From the sequence record SRR20825010_1521: a DNA stretch of 51,041 bases, one strand, 5' to 3'. Each line of letters opens with the position of its first letter. Within the stretch, counting starts at the first letter, position 1. Positions 1 through 10,692 of this stretch are shown here, piece after piece. Below the pieces are notes generated by a model, which was not told the origin of the DNA, searched no databases, and saw only the letters and a program-made list of their open reading frames with translations. Position numbers and translations under genes: made by a program.

Positions 1-1
1 A

Positions 2-1303
2 AAGAACAACTGGATGAGCGATGATTGGAAGAACCAAACAGAGAACATTGAGCCACTGTTGGATATGGTAATTGAGCATATCCCAACTTTTGAGGCCAAG
101 GAAGGAAATACACAGATGCTGATAACTTCATTGGATTATTCTTCCTTTACCGGAAGGATTGCCATTGGAAGGTTGCAAAGGGGAGCCTTAAAAGAAAATC
201 AGCAAGTTTCTTTGATAAAAAGAAATGGTACTATTGTTAAATCCAAAATTAAAGAGCTTTATACCTTTGAAGGAATGGGCCGATTAAAGGTTCCTGAGGT
301 AGCCACCGGAGACATTTGTGCTTTGGTAGGTATCGAAGGATTCGAAATTGGTGATACCGTTGCCGATATTGAAAATCCTGAGCAATTGAAAACTATTGCG
401 ATTGATGAGCCTACCATGAGTATGTTGTTCACCATCAATGATAGTCCATTTTTTGGTAAGGATGGTAAATTTGTAACTTCAAGACATATCAACGACCGTC
501 TAAAAAGGGAGTTGGAGAAGAATTTGGCCTTAAGGGTAAACGATACGGACAGTGCCGATAAGTTTTTGGTTTTTGGTCGTGGGGTACTGCATCTTTCTGT
601 TTTGATCGAAACCATGAGAAGGGAAGGTTATGAATTGCAAATTGGACAACCACAGGTAATCATCAAGGAGATTGATGAGGTTAAATGTGAGCCAATTGAG
701 CAATTGACCATAGATTTGCCGGAGGAGGTTTCTGGTAGGGCTGTGGAAATGGTATCTATCCGTAAAGGGGAAATGACCAGTATGGAAGCCAAAGGAAACA
801 GAATGGTTTGTGAATTCTTAATTCCTTCAAGGGGAATTATAGGTCTTAGAAACCAATTGTTAACGGCTACTGCGGGTGAGGCCATTATGGCGCACCGCTT
901 TTTGGAATACCAACCTATGAAAGGGGATATTCCTCAAAGACAAAATGGTTCTTTGGTATCTATGGAAACAGGAAAATCTATTCCTTACTCCATTGATAAA
1001 TTACAGGATAGAGGTAAGTTTTTTGTTGATCCGGGAGAGGATATTTACGAAGGCCAGGTAATTGGGGAAAACTCTAGAGGAGACGATATGACCATCAATA
1101 TTACCAAGACCAAAAAATTGTCGAACGTTCGTTCCTCAGGAGCCGATGACAAAGCCAAGATTGTTCCTGCCATTAAGTTCTCTTTGGAGGAAGCCTTGGA
1201 ATATATCCAGAAAGACGAGTATGTTGAGGTTACTCCTAAACATTTGCGTCTAAGAAAGATACATTTAACGGAAAATGATCGTAAGCGTAATAAAATAGCA
1301 TAA
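2..1303 (+). CDS. typA: Translational GTPase TypA/BipA (5' truncated by window edge)
   Basis: Frame is open from base 2. Motifs GRGVLHLSVLIETMRREGYE, YEGQVIGE and LEEALEYIQKDEYVEVTPKHLRLRK match the BipA C-terminal domains. Confidence 0.97.
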   Translation, partial: KNNWMSDDWKNQTENIEPLLDMVIEHIPTFEAKEGNTQMLITSLDYSSFTGRIAIGRLQRGALKENQQVSLIKRNGTIVKSKIKELYTFEGMGRLKVPEVATGDICALVGIEGFEIGDTVADIENPEQLKTIAIDEPTMSMLFTINDSPFFGKDGKFVTSRHINDRLKRELEKNLALRVNDTDSADKFLVFGRGVLHLSVLIETMRREGYELQIGQPQVIIKEIDEVKCEPIEQLTIDLPEEVSGRAVEMVSIRKGEMTSMEAKGNRMVCEFLIPSRGIIGLRNQLLTATAGEAIMAHRFLEYQPMKGDIPQRQNGSLVSMETGKSIPYSIDKLQDRGKFFVDPGEDIYEGQVIGENSRGDDMTINITKTKKLSNVRSSGADDKAKIVPAIKFSLEEALEYIQKDEYVEVTPKHLRLRKIHLTENDRKRNKIA

Positions 1304-1307
1304 ATAG

Positions 1308-1335
1308 AAAAGTCCCCTTAGAGGGACTTTTTTTT
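1308..1335 (+). terminator. Intrinsic terminator after typA
   Basis: AAAAGTCCC-cttaga-GGGACTTTT followed by a T tract. A second hairpin, GCCACCT/AGGTGGC plus T5, lies at 1355-1377. Confidence 0.85.
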
Positions 1336-1607
1336 GCTCTATACCATACTACGGGCCACCTTTTTAGGTGGCTTTTTGTTTACCTCACTTTTGCTAGCTC
1401 AATTTTAAGTGTCAAGGCTCGGTAAAATCGGTCAACAAAATTCTCATTTTAACCTTTTGGATTAAGAATTCATTAAAATTTTGGCTTAGATTTTCCTACT
1501 TTCTGAATAATTTGAACTAAGCCTATTTTTCTTCACTTTGGATATGAATTTTAGCTATTTTAAAGTTGAATTACGACTTAATTCGGCCTAATCCAAATTA
1601 ATAAAAT

Positions 1608-2396
1608 ATGCAACTAGAAGGAAAAAATGTACTCATCACTGGCGGTACTAGAGGAATCGGAAAATGTATGATAAAGGAATTGGTAAAAGGTGGTGTAAGC
1701 CATATTGCCGTAATAGCCCGTGACAAACAAAATTTAAAACAGTTATCAGAAGAATTCCAAGACGTTAAATTTATGCGCATTGCTGGCGATGTGGGAGACA
1801 TAGAAGTTTTACGGGAGGCTGCTGCACGTATTGAGGACAAATGGGGGCATTTGGATATCTTGATCAACAATGCCGGTATAGTATCTGCAGGCCCTTTGGA
1901 GGATATACAGGACGAAGACCTTTATGATCAGGTAGCGGTAAATATTACTGCTGTGCTTTTACTTACTAAATATTGCATACCGCTTTTAAAATCTTCCAAA
2001 GAAGCTGCTATTTTAAACATATCTTCTGGTTTGGGTCTGTTAGGTATGCCCTTTTATGCGGCCTATGGAAGCACTAAGGCTGCGGTACGCCAATTTTCAG
2101 ATTCCATGCGAAGGGAACTTGCTCCATTCAATATAAGTGTTACCTGCTCCTTTCCAACCGCAACGGACACGGATATGATGGAGAAATTTAAAGGAAGGGT
2201 GATGGATTCTCCGGAATTTGTGGCCCAACGATCCATTGAAGGATTACTGAATAAAGAATTGTATGTAATTTTTGGAGGTGAGGACCGACTTAAAGAAAAT
2301 GTCATGAATTTTGAAGCACCTGAAGAATTTGATAAAATGGTAGCACAGAATTATGAAGACCGAAAAAAAGCAAGTTTAGGCCATAAAGCCGTTTAA
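1608..2396 (+). CDS. SDR family NAD(P)-dependent oxidoreductase
   Basis: TGGTRGIG, NNAG and YGSTK motifs. Confidence 0.93.
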   Translation: MQLEGKNVLITGGTRGIGKCMIKELVKGGVSHIAVIARDKQNLKQLSEEFQDVKFMRIAGDVGDIEVLREAAARIEDKWGHLDILINNAGIVSAGPLEDIQDEDLYDQVAVNITAVLLLTKYCIPLLKSSKEAAILNISSGLGLLGMPFYAAYGSTKAAVRQFSDSMRRELAPFNISVTCSFPTATDTDMMEKFKGRVMDSPEFVAQRSIEGLLNKELYVIFGGEDRLKENVMNFEAPEEFDKMVAQNYEDRKKASLGHKAV

Positions 2397-2436
2397 TCCC
2401 AACGCTAGAACTAATAGTAAAATAGAATAATTCAAT

Positions 2437-3345
2437 ATGAAGTATACGCTTATCTATGCAGTAATAATAAGTAGCTCTTTGTTGTCCTGTAAGGAGACCG
2501 CCAAACCAAATCAGGAAGTTGCCGAGTCCCAATTGCTTCAAGACGCCAATCCTAGTTCAATTCCAAAATCTTGGGTAGATAATAGGGTTGAAAAGGCAAA
2601 AAAGAGACTTGATGGTTCCGAAGCGGGGAAAGTGGTTTGGAATGCCATGGAAGCAATGGGGGGCTTAAATAAATGGTATGGCAACGGCTATTTGTCCTTT
2701 AGGTTCAATTATCAACCATTGGATGGTTCAATGCCTCGGGATACCTACCAGACTATTGATACATGGAGCAATAAAGCAAGACACCGCAGTGTTACGGATA
2801 GTACCGCAATTTATGGATGGGATGGAAAAAATGCTTGGGTAAAGGCCAAGGACAGTACCACTTTTAAGTATAATCTGCGTTTTTGGGCCTTGACCCCTTT
2901 ATATCTTGCCGCACAACCTCTAGTGTTGGACGGGGAAGGTGTTAATTTGGAATTGTTGCCACAGACCAATTATAAGGGTATGCCACAAGATGTGGTAAAA
3001 GTTACTTTCGATTCAGGGACAGGTGATGCTCCAGACGACTATTATATATTGTATTTGGATGCTAAAACCCACCTTTTATCAGCATTGCGGTATATTGTTT
3101 CCTACCCCGGATATTTTCCCAATGGAGGGAATAATCCCGAGAAGTTTATGGAATTGGTAAGTCGTACAACCGTTAACGGCATAAGTTTTCCTTTAAAATT
3201 CAATACCTATTGGTCTACAGACGACGGCCAGCCAAAAGGAGAACCTATTACGACCATTGAATTGAGTGATATAGAGTTCCAAAGCGAATTGGAGGAGAAT
3301 TTCTTTGGGCAGCCTGAGGGAGCAAAACTTTTGGAGGGGCTGTGA
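2437..3345 (+). CDS. Lipoprotein of unknown function (DUF6503-like)
   Basis: Lipobox LLSC. VTF..GTGDAPDDYYILY motif of a flavobacterial family, recognised by eye. Confidence 0.7.
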   Translation: MKYTLIYAVIISSSLLSCKETAKPNQEVAESQLLQDANPSSIPKSWVDNRVEKAKKRLDGSEAGKVVWNAMEAMGGLNKWYGNGYLSFRFNYQPLDGSMPRDTYQTIDTWSNKARHRSVTDSTAIYGWDGKNAWVKAKDSTTFKYNLRFWALTPLYLAAQPLVLDGEGVNLELLPQTNYKGMPQDVVKVTFDSGTGDAPDDYYILYLDAKTHLLSALRYIVSYPGYFPNGGNNPEKFMELVSRTTVNGISFPLKFNTYWSTDDGQPKGEPITTIELSDIEFQSELEENFFGQPEGAKLLEGL

Positions 3346-3355
3346 TATTTATAAT

Positions 3356-3395
3356 AAAAAAAGGTGATTTTTCGATCTACGGCAATCACCTTTTT
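3356..3395. terminator. Bidirectional terminator between convergent genes
   Basis: Inverted repeat AAAAAGGTGATT / AATCACCTTTTT. Confidence 0.75.
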
Positions 3396-3481
3396 AATTT
3401 GCCATTAAGCTAATATTGCTACTTATTTTGGTGCTGCATTTTTTAGGATGAAATTAGCAATCCTATTATGGGCAACTATTG

Positions 3482-4234
3482 TTAATGAAGTACCCCTTTT
3501 TTATTATATGCTGCGGCTGCAGCGCCAATAATGCCGGCATGATTTTGCAATTCCGCGGGAATTACCGGGGTTTCAATACTGATATAGTCCTTAAACTCGT
3601 CCCAATCCTTGGAGGTGCCTCCGCCTAGTATAATTAGATCCGGAGATACGATCAACTCCACAAACTCCAAGAAAATGTTAAATCGTTTGCCCCATTTCTT
3701 ATAACTAAGTTCTTCTCTTTCCTTGGCAGAAGCAGCGGCCCAAAGTTCAATTTTATCATATTTTTTATAGGGAATCTGGCCCAATTCAAAATTTGGTATC
3801 AAATCCCCATTGTAAAAGGCACCACTGCCCAGGCCCGTTCCTATAGTGATCATGAGCACGAGGCCATCCTTGCCCCGGCCTACACCGAAATTCATAGATG
3901 CATATCCTGCGGCATCAGCGTCGTTTACCACAGTAACCGGTAATCCCGTTGCCTCACTGAACAATTCATCTACATTTACACCGGCCCATCTTTTATGAAG
4001 ATTTCCTGGAGTCTTACAAACGCCATTTTTTATAACAGTTGGAAATCCACAGCCTATAGGTCCGCTATAATCAAAATGTTTTACAATTTTGGCTACTACT
4101 TCGGCCATGGGTTTTGGTTTTCTCGACTTCGGTGTCGGTATCCTAAACCGCTCCGTTATCATTTCACCAGTTTCCATATTTACTAAAGCTCCTTTTATGC
4201 CCGAGCCACCGACATCTATTCCTAGGATTTCCAT
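3482..4234 (-). CDS. ppgK: Polyphosphate glucokinase (ROK family)
   Basis: GIDVGGSGIKGA, NDADAAG, TIGTGLGS, PNFELG and AGIIGAA motifs. Confidence 0.9.
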   Translation of the reverse strand: MEILGIDVGGSGIKGALVNMETGEMITERFRIPTPKSRKPKPMAEVVAKIVKHFDYSGPIGCGFPTVIKNGVCKTPGNLHKRWAGVNVDELFSEATGLPVTVVNDADAAGYASMNFGVGRGKDGLVLMITIGTGLGSGAFYNGDLIPNFELGQIPYKKYDKIELWAAASAKEREELSYKKWGKRFNIFLEFVELIVSPDLIILGGGTSKDWDEFKDYISIETPVIPAELQNHAGIIGAAAAAYNKKGVLH

Positions 4235-4545
4235 GTATTATATTGATGTATTTGTAAGCAAAGTAACAAAAAACTTTTGGGAGTTGTAGTATGCATACTT
4301 CAAGGACAGACTTTTGTAGTCCAGTTGAGCCTTACTTATATAAAAGTACTACAATTGCCCTATTGGTTATTCATAATTCTCTAGTTTCTATCAAATAGGC
4401 CCGTATTTCCCTTTTCCAACAAAGGCATAAGTGCCTTGACAATGTCTGTGTTTAATTGGGCAATATATAGTTTTTTAAAAACTGTTGGCATAACAGAACT
4501 TGTTCAATGGTTAAAATTACTTCAAATATTACGGCTGTGGATTTA

Positions 4546-5361
4546 TTAGATCAATAGGTCAGAGTCTTTAAGGAAATCGAAAATCAATTTATCAACTTCG
4601 GATGCGTTTTTCCTATCCTGATACTTCAGCCATACAATTTCCCCTTGTTCCGGGTCAATTGACATATCCCCAGAATATTCTGAAAAGTAACAGGTCTTTC
4701 TAACTAGAATTCCAGGCCCCTTGCCATCTACTCGTGCTTCAAAAACACCAATATATTCAAAGGATGAGATGTCCAGGGTTATTTTCCAGCCTTCCTTTAT
4801 TTCCTTGGTCAGCACCATTACATCCGATATATCCGGTTCCTTTTGTGCGCCCGGAAGCACATACTTGGCCTTTCCTATAGGTCTAGTGGCCAATAGCTTT
4901 TGGTCCACAATATGTACCCATACCAATTGATCCAAAATTTCTTTTGAAGGTTCTATGTAATAGTCAATTGAGTTTAAGGAGTGGTTCTTGTCCAAGAAAT
5001 CAAGAAGCTTATCTATGGCTATTCCAAACTTGGTGAGTGTTCCCAGTTTATTGTTTCTTCCCAGTGCACTGGAAATGGTCTCGTCCCGATTTCCAAATTT
5101 ATAGCCCCCTTTTTTGATCCACAGTACATTCAAAAGATGTTGCATGCCAACATTGCCCAATTGATCTATAGAGATGGCGATTTCTAGTAGATACTCTCCA
5201 AGTCCAACTACGCCCTTTTTGAATAGTCCATGAAAAATACCGTAAATAAAGCCCAATGGAAGGGTGAATATCAACAAAAAGATGGAGATGAAGAACAGGA
5301 GGATCCCGATAAGGGGATTCACCTTTTTGTCCACCTTATAGATCTGTTTTTTTAGAATCAT
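4546..5361 (-). CDS. Membrane protein (DQLGN..DETISS domain) fused to a degenerate Nudix-like domain
   Basis: Hydrophobic N-terminus with IDQLGNV...GNRDETISSALG. C-terminal half LPGAQKEPDISDVMVLTKEIKEG resembles a Nudix box. Confidence 0.7.
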   Translation of the reverse strand: MILKKQIYKVDKKVNPLIGILLFFISIFLLIFTLPLGFIYGIFHGLFKKGVVGLGEYLLEIAISIDQLGNVGMQHLLNVLWIKKGGYKFGNRDETISSALGRNNKLGTLTKFGIAIDKLLDFLDKNHSLNSIDYYIEPSKEILDQLVWVHIVDQKLLATRPIGKAKYVLPGAQKEPDISDVMVLTKEIKEGWKITLDISSFEYIGVFEARVDGKGPGILVRKTCYFSEYSGDMSIDPEQGEIVWLKYQDRKNASEVDKLIFDFLKDSDLLI

Positions 5362-5497
5362 GGGCTATGGTTGGTTGCTTAAAGATATAAATTAATTTTT
5401 GCCGGAGGGAAGGGTTTGGTTTTCGATGTTGGAAGTTGTAGAAAATAAATTATTCTCAATAATTAAATATCCAACAGCAATAAAATCAAATAAATGC

Positions 5498-5505
5498 TAT
5501 ATTTG
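5498..5505 (+). promoter_or_regulatory. Bacteroidota -7 promoter element
   Basis: TATATTTG matches TAnnTTTG, about 130 nt upstream of the ThuA-fusion gene. Confidence 0.5.
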
Positions 5506-5634
5506 GGAAATTCAAAATTTTGGGATGGTTTAAAAAACGAGTTATGTCCCAATGTTGTTTTACTTCCAAACATAGTTATGTATAATTTAAGTTTCTCCAT
5601 TAATACTAAATAATCTTCTTAATATCCTTTTTTG

Positions 5635-8600
5635 ATGAAAAATTACATTTCGCTTATTCTTGGTGTGTTTGTTATTTTCTTTTCTTCCTGCACTAGTAAT
5701 AAAAGGGAGGGTGAGCCACGAATTTTGGTTTTTTCCAAGACTATGGGCTATAAGCATGCTTCCATACCCATGGGCCTGCAAGCTATCCAAAAGTTGGGGG
5801 TGGAAAATAACTTTCTTGTGGATACCACTAAAAATGCCGAAGTCTTCCATGATGATGAATTAAAAAAGTATTCGGCTATAGTTTTTTTAAGTACTACGGG
5901 CAATATTTTGGACGCCAAACAGGAAGCTGCATTTGAAAGATATATTCAGGCCGGTGGAGGCTTTGTGGGTGTTCATGCAGCAACAGATACCGAATATGAT
6001 TGGGGCTGGTATGGAAAATTGGTCGGGGCTTATTTTGACAGCCACCCGGCAGGCACACCCGAGGCCGACTTTATTATAAAGGACAACACTTTTGGTGCTA
6101 CTAATATGTTTGCTGATTCTATCTGGCATCGTGCAGATGAACTCTATAATTTTAAGAAAATTAATCCCGAGGTTAAGGTTTTAATGACCGTAGATGAAAA
6201 GACCTACCAAGGGGGTAAAAATGGGGAACATCATCCAATGAGTTGGTATCACGAATACGATGGTGGCCGTGCCTTTTATACCGCTTTGGGCCATACAGAT
6301 GAAAGTTTTTCCGAAGAGTTATATTTAAAACATCTACTTGGGGGTATTAAGTATGCCATTGGGAAGAATGAAATCTTGGATTATACAAAGGTTACTACTC
6401 AGATTCCTCCAGATTCCGACCGCTTTACCAAAGTACCCTTAAAATTTGGGGAATTTTTTGAGCCAACGGAAATGGCCATTTTGCCGAATAATGATATTTT
6501 GATATCCCAAAGAAGGGGAGAGATCATGCTTTATAAAGATTCAACCCAAGAGTTGTCGCAAGTAGGATTACTGGATGTTTACCATAAAACATTGAATACC
6601 CCGGATGTAAATGCTGAAGAGGGGTTGATGGGGCTGCAAAAGGACCCCGATTTTGAAAAAAATCATTGGATTTATGTTTATTATAGTCCAACTGGTGATA
6701 AGTGGGTGAACCGTTTGTCCAGGTTTAAGTTTGAGAACGATGTTTTTGATATGGCTACTGAGCAAATTATTCTGGAAGTGGATAGTCAGCGCGAAATATG
6801 TTGCCATACAGCGGGTTCCATAGCTTTTGGTCCTGATAATATGTTGTATTTGTCAACAGGGGATAATAGTACTCCCTTTAACGAAAAAGGGGCGAAGTAT
6901 ACCAATAAGGGCTATGCGCCATTAAACGATTTACCGGGAAAGGAACAGTACGATGCCCGTAGATCCTCAGGGAATACCAATGACCTCAGAGGTAAGATAT
7001 TGCGTATAATAGTAAATGAGGACGGTAGTTATAGTATCCCGGAAGGCAATTTGTTCCCTAAAGGTACCCCTAAGACCAGGCCGGAAATATTTACTATGGG
7101 CCATCGAAATCCTTATAGAATTTCGGTAGATCCCAAAAAAGGATATGTGTATTGGGGAGATGTGGGTCCGGATGCCAGAATTGATAGTATGGAAACTAGA
7201 GGGCCAAGGGGATATGATGAGATGAATCAGGCAAGGGAGGCCGGAAATTTTGGTTGGCCACTGTTCGTTGCCGATAACAAACCATACCGCAGCTATGATT
7301 ATGCCACAGGGGAGAGTGGGGATGCTTTTGATCCTGATAAACCCATCAACAACTCTAAAAACAATACTGGGCTTAGGGAGCTTCCCAAGGCAATGCCGGC
7401 CTATGGTTTTTATCCGTATGTAGCATCCCAGGAATTTCCGCAGACCGGTACCGGTGGTAGGAATGCCATGGCCGGACCCGTTTATTATTCGGATCTTTAT
7501 AATGGTCCCAATGCCTTGCCTGCATATTACGATGGTAAAGTATTGGTCTATGATTGGATTCGGGGTTGGATGATGGCCGTAACCCTATTTCCCAATGGGG
7601 AATTCAATAAGATGGAACCTTTTGCCGATCAGATCAAAGTAAATAATTTGATAGATATAGAGGTAGGTCCTGATGGTAGGGTATATCTTTTGGAATACGG
7701 TAGCGGTTGGTTCTCAAAGAATGAGGATTCGGCCTTAAGTTATATTGAATACAATGGAGGCAATAGGCCTCCTGTTGTGGGCAATTTCACTGTAGATAAA
7801 ACCTCTGGAAAATTACCCTTGACCATTACGGCCAATGTTGAGGCCAGTGATAGGGAAGCGGATACGATGACCTATGTTTGGGATTTGGGGAATGGGGAAA
7901 CCAGGGAAACCACTAATCCGGAAATTACCTATACCTATGAGAATGAGGGGGACTATTTTATATCGGCTACCGTAGTGGATAACAAGGAAGCATCAGTTAA
8001 GAGCGAGGCTATTAATATTGTAGTAGGAAATTCCAGACCTGAGGTTGCCATCGATATTAGCGGAGGCATTACTACTTTTAAGCCCGGTATGGCTGTAGAT
8101 TATAAGGTCTCTGTAAAAGATCCTGATGGTTCGGGCATTGATGAAAATAACATATTTGTTTCCGTAGATTATTTGGAAGGCATGGATGAGGCCTCACTTT
8201 CTTTGGGGCACCAAGAGGTTTCGGCGGCCGTTACGGGCAAGGCACTCACATTGGCCCTGGATTGTAAAACCTGCCATAAGGAAAAGGAAAAATCTGTTGG
8301 TCCAATGTACCGCGACATCGCTGAAAAATATAAGAATGATAAAAAAGGACTTAGCTATCTGCAGGGAAAGATAATTTCAGGAGGTAGCGGAGTTTGGGGA
8401 GAAGTAACCATGCCGGCACATCCCAACTTGACCAAGGATGAATCCAGACAGATAGGGTTGTATATTCAATCACTGGCAAGTACTGCGGTCAAGAAGAAAT
8501 CCCTGCCCGCTGTGGGAACCATAATGCCAAATCCTGCAAAAGGGACTACGGTAATGGTAATAACGGCCAGCTATACGGATCAAGGTGGAAACAATGTGAA

Positions 8601-8670
8601 ACCATTAACAGGGTCCAAGTCTGTAGTGTTGCAAATGGATGGCGATCCGGATAATACCGGAACCAAGTAA
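5635..8670 (+). CDS. Lipoprotein: ThuA-like + glucose/sorbosone dehydrogenase (PQQ-type propeller) + PKD + cytochrome c
   Basis: Lipobox FSSC. ThuA motifs GGGFVGVHAA and GRAFYTALGH; GSDH motif GHRNPYR; PKD motif YVWDLGNG; heme motif CKTCH with distal MPAH. Confidence 0.88.
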   Translation: MKNYISLILGVFVIFFSSCTSNKREGEPRILVFSKTMGYKHASIPMGLQAIQKLGVENNFLVDTTKNAEVFHDDELKKYSAIVFLSTTGNILDAKQEAAFERYIQAGGGFVGVHAATDTEYDWGWYGKLVGAYFDSHPAGTPEADFIIKDNTFGATNMFADSIWHRADELYNFKKINPEVKVLMTVDEKTYQGGKNGEHHPMSWYHEYDGGRAFYTALGHTDESFSEELYLKHLLGGIKYAIGKNEILDYTKVTTQIPPDSDRFTKVPLKFGEFFEPTEMAILPNNDILISQRRGEIMLYKDSTQELSQVGLLDVYHKTLNTPDVNAEEGLMGLQKDPDFEKNHWIYVYYSPTGDKWVNRLSRFKFENDVFDMATEQIILEVDSQREICCHTAGSIAFGPDNMLYLSTGDNSTPFNEKGAKYTNKGYAPLNDLPGKEQYDARRSSGNTNDLRGKILRIIVNEDGSYSIPEGNLFPKGTPKTRPEIFTMGHRNPYRISVDPKKGYVYWGDVGPDARIDSMETRGPRGYDEMNQAREAGNFGWPLFVADNKPYRSYDYATGESGDAFDPDKPINNSKNNTGLRELPKAMPAYGFYPYVASQEFPQTGTGGRNAMAGPVYYSDLYNGPNALPAYYDGKVLVYDWIRGWMMAVTLFPNGEFNKMEPFADQIKVNNLIDIEVGPDGRVYLLEYGSGWFSKNEDSALSYIEYNGGNRPPVVGNFTVDKTSGKLPLTITANVEASDREADTMTYVWDLGNGETRETTNPEITYTYENEGDYFISATVVDNKEASVKSEAINIVVGNSRPEVAIDISGGITTFKPGMAVDYKVSVKDPDGSGIDENNIFVSVDYLEGMDEASLSLGHQEVSAAVTGKALTLALDCKTCHKEKEKSVGPMYRDIAEKYKNDKKGLSYLQGKIISGGSGVWGEVTMPAHPNLTKDESRQIGLYIQSLASTAVKKKSLPAVGTIMPNPAKGTTVMVITASYTDQGGNNVKPLTGSKSVVLQMDGDPDNTGTK

Positions 8671-8751
8671 TGCTGTTATTGGGTTGTTAGCTTTTTAAAG
8701 TTACAAGGAGTGTTGTTGACCTGGGGTTATTAATTATGAATGACTTTCAGG

Positions 8752-9513
8752 TCAATGATTCATCCAATTTTTAAACTCGGTGGCTTTTGCCTTGCTTACA
8801 ATTACTTTCTCTTCATGGGGCGGCATAACGCTAATAATTAGCTTCCCGTTAAAATATTGTTTTATCCCCGCAATGGAATCTCTTTGGACAATGAACTGTC
8901 GATTTAGCCTGTGAAAGTCGGAAGGGTCCAGTTCGTTTTCAACATCCTCTAATTTCTGTTCGATTATATGGGTTTGTCTGTCTTTTGTTACCGCCTTGAC
9001 TATTCCGTTTTCAATATATAAATAGGCGATTTTGTCAGTTTTCAATGGTATGAGTTCATCTCGATGATGCACCAAATACATGGATTTGTAGGTCTTTTTC
9101 TGATCCTGTAATAGGCTTAGGAGACCTTCAACTTGATTATTGATAAGCCCCTTGCCCTCTAACTGTCCTTTAAATTGTGCAAGGCTTACTTCCAACTCAT
9201 CTTCGTCTATCGGTTTTAATAAATAATCAATACTATTTAGTTTAAAAGCCTTTAAGGCATATTGGTCATAAGCAGTAGTAAATATAATTGGAGCATCTAT
9301 TTTAACGGCATCAAAAATTTCAAAAGAAAGTCCATCCGCTAAATGAATGTCCATAAAAACAAGGTCGGCTTCCTGATTTTTTGAAAAATAATCAATAGCA
9401 GTTTTTACCGAATCCAAAACAGCCAATACCTCAAGTTTATCCTGTAGGTTATTTAGCATATAGGCTAGATTTTCACTTGCCGCCAATTCATCTTCTACAA
9501 TTACTACTTTCAT
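8752..9513 (-). CDS. LytTR family response regulator
   Basis: Receiver motifs IVEDE, FMDIHLADG, FTTAYD, YLLKP. LytTR motif FHRLNRQFIV. Confidence 0.95.
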   Translation of the reverse strand: MKVVIVEDELAASENLAYMLNNLQDKLEVLAVLDSVKTAIDYFSKNQEADLVFMDIHLADGLSFEIFDAVKIDAPIIFTTAYDQYALKAFKLNSIDYLLKPIDEDELEVSLAQFKGQLEGKGLINNQVEGLLSLLQDQKKTYKSMYLVHHRDELIPLKTDKIAYLYIENGIVKAVTKDRQTHIIEQKLEDVENELDPSDFHRLNRQFIVQRDSIAGIKQYFNGKLIISVMPPHEEKVIVSKAKATEFKNWMNH

Positions 9514-10547
9514 TTCATTTTGTTCAAGGGTAGTTTTACTCTAAAAATATCACTTTGTTTGTCTATGATAATTTGTTGTTTGCGTATCATATAGTAACGT
9601 TTGTACAGGTTTAATAGTCCTGTCCCGGTACCTTCGGCCAGAGTAGTGCGGGTCCGTACTTTATTTTCTACGTAAATACAATCCTCTTGGGAATATATAT
9701 TGACTTTTAAAGGATGTGTTTCCGAAATTTCATTGTGTTTTACTGCATTTTCCGCCAATAATTGTAAGGCCAAAGGGGGAATTTTTCTGTCCAGATAAGT
9801 TTCGTCAATGGCTATTTCAATTTGAAAACGGTTCCTGTATCTTGTCTTTATCAAATAAGTATAACTGTCCAGGAATTTTAGTTCTTCCTTCAGTGGTACC
9901 AAATCCCTGTCCCCGCTCTGCAATATATAACGGTACATAAAAGATAGCTTTTTAACAAACATGGTAGCCTCCTTATTGTCTCGGATAAGGGAGTTTAGGG
10001 AGTTTAGGGAATTAAAGAGAAAATGGGGGTTTATTTGATTTTTAAGGGCTGAAAGTTCATTTTGAAGGTTCTGCTGTTTCAAATGTTCGTTTTCCAATAT
10101 ACTTTGGCGCTGAATGATTTGAAGCCTTAAAATTCTGGAAATAAAAATGATGATGATGAGGACAACGATGAATATAAATACTTGAAAGTCCTCCTCTCTA
10201 TTGGAAACATCCTTGTCTACCAAATAGGGGTATATGAAATCTAAAAGTAAAATTGTGGACACTAGGATTCCAATGTTACCAGAGAGTCTCAGTACCCAAA
10301 CAACTAAGCTTTTCCTTTTGGGAATACGATAAATCCAATTGGTATTGAATTGCAGCGTTGCCCAAGAAAAAAGGAAAAAAAACCAGAATTTTAAATCAAG
10401 ATCTACAAACAGTTCACTGGAAAAAATCTCTTTGTTAAAACCAGTTGTCCTGAAAAGGGATATGGTTAGCGGTAATGTCACCAAAACAGCAATGAGCAGG
10501 GCAATCTTTATAATTTCGAGCTGTTTTACCGGTTTTGTAGTGTCCAT
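9510..10547 (-). CDS. LytS/YehU-type sensor histidine kinase
   Basis: N-terminal TM helices; LKNQINPHFLFNSLN, ENAVKHN and GTGTGLLN motifs. Overlaps the regulator start by 4 nt. Confidence 0.93.
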   Translation of the reverse strand: MDTTKPVKQLEIIKIALLIAVLVTLPLTISLFRTTGFNKEIFSSELFVDLDLKFWFFFLFSWATLQFNTNWIYRIPKRKSLVVWVLRLSGNIGILVSTILLLDFIYPYLVDKDVSNREEDFQVFIFIVVLIIIIFISRILRLQIIQRQSILENEHLKQQNLQNELSALKNQINPHFLFNSLNSLNSLIRDNKEATMFVKKLSFMYRYILQSGDRDLVPLKEELKFLDSYTYLIKTRYRNRFQIEIAIDETYLDRKIPPLALQLLAENAVKHNEISETHPLKVNIYSQEDCIYVENKVRTRTTLAEGTGTGLLNLYKRYYMIRKQQIIIDKQSDIFRVKLPLNKMK

Positions 10548-10634
10548 ATCAATTTAGCTGTTTTAAATATACTTCATTACACCTCCTTATCATAGTTCTC
10601 TGGATGTATTTTGTAAGTCTCCAATTTTGGAGTG

Positions 10635-10665
10635 AAAAAAAGCCCTTGAAAAGAGTCAAGGGCTT
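10635..10665 (-). terminator. Intrinsic terminator after the repeat-protein gene
   Basis: AAGCCCTTGA/TCAAGGGCTT stem with an A7 tract (U tract on the minus strand). Confidence 0.8.
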
Positions 10666-10692
10666 GTAATTAATTAACTCAAGAAGTTATTG

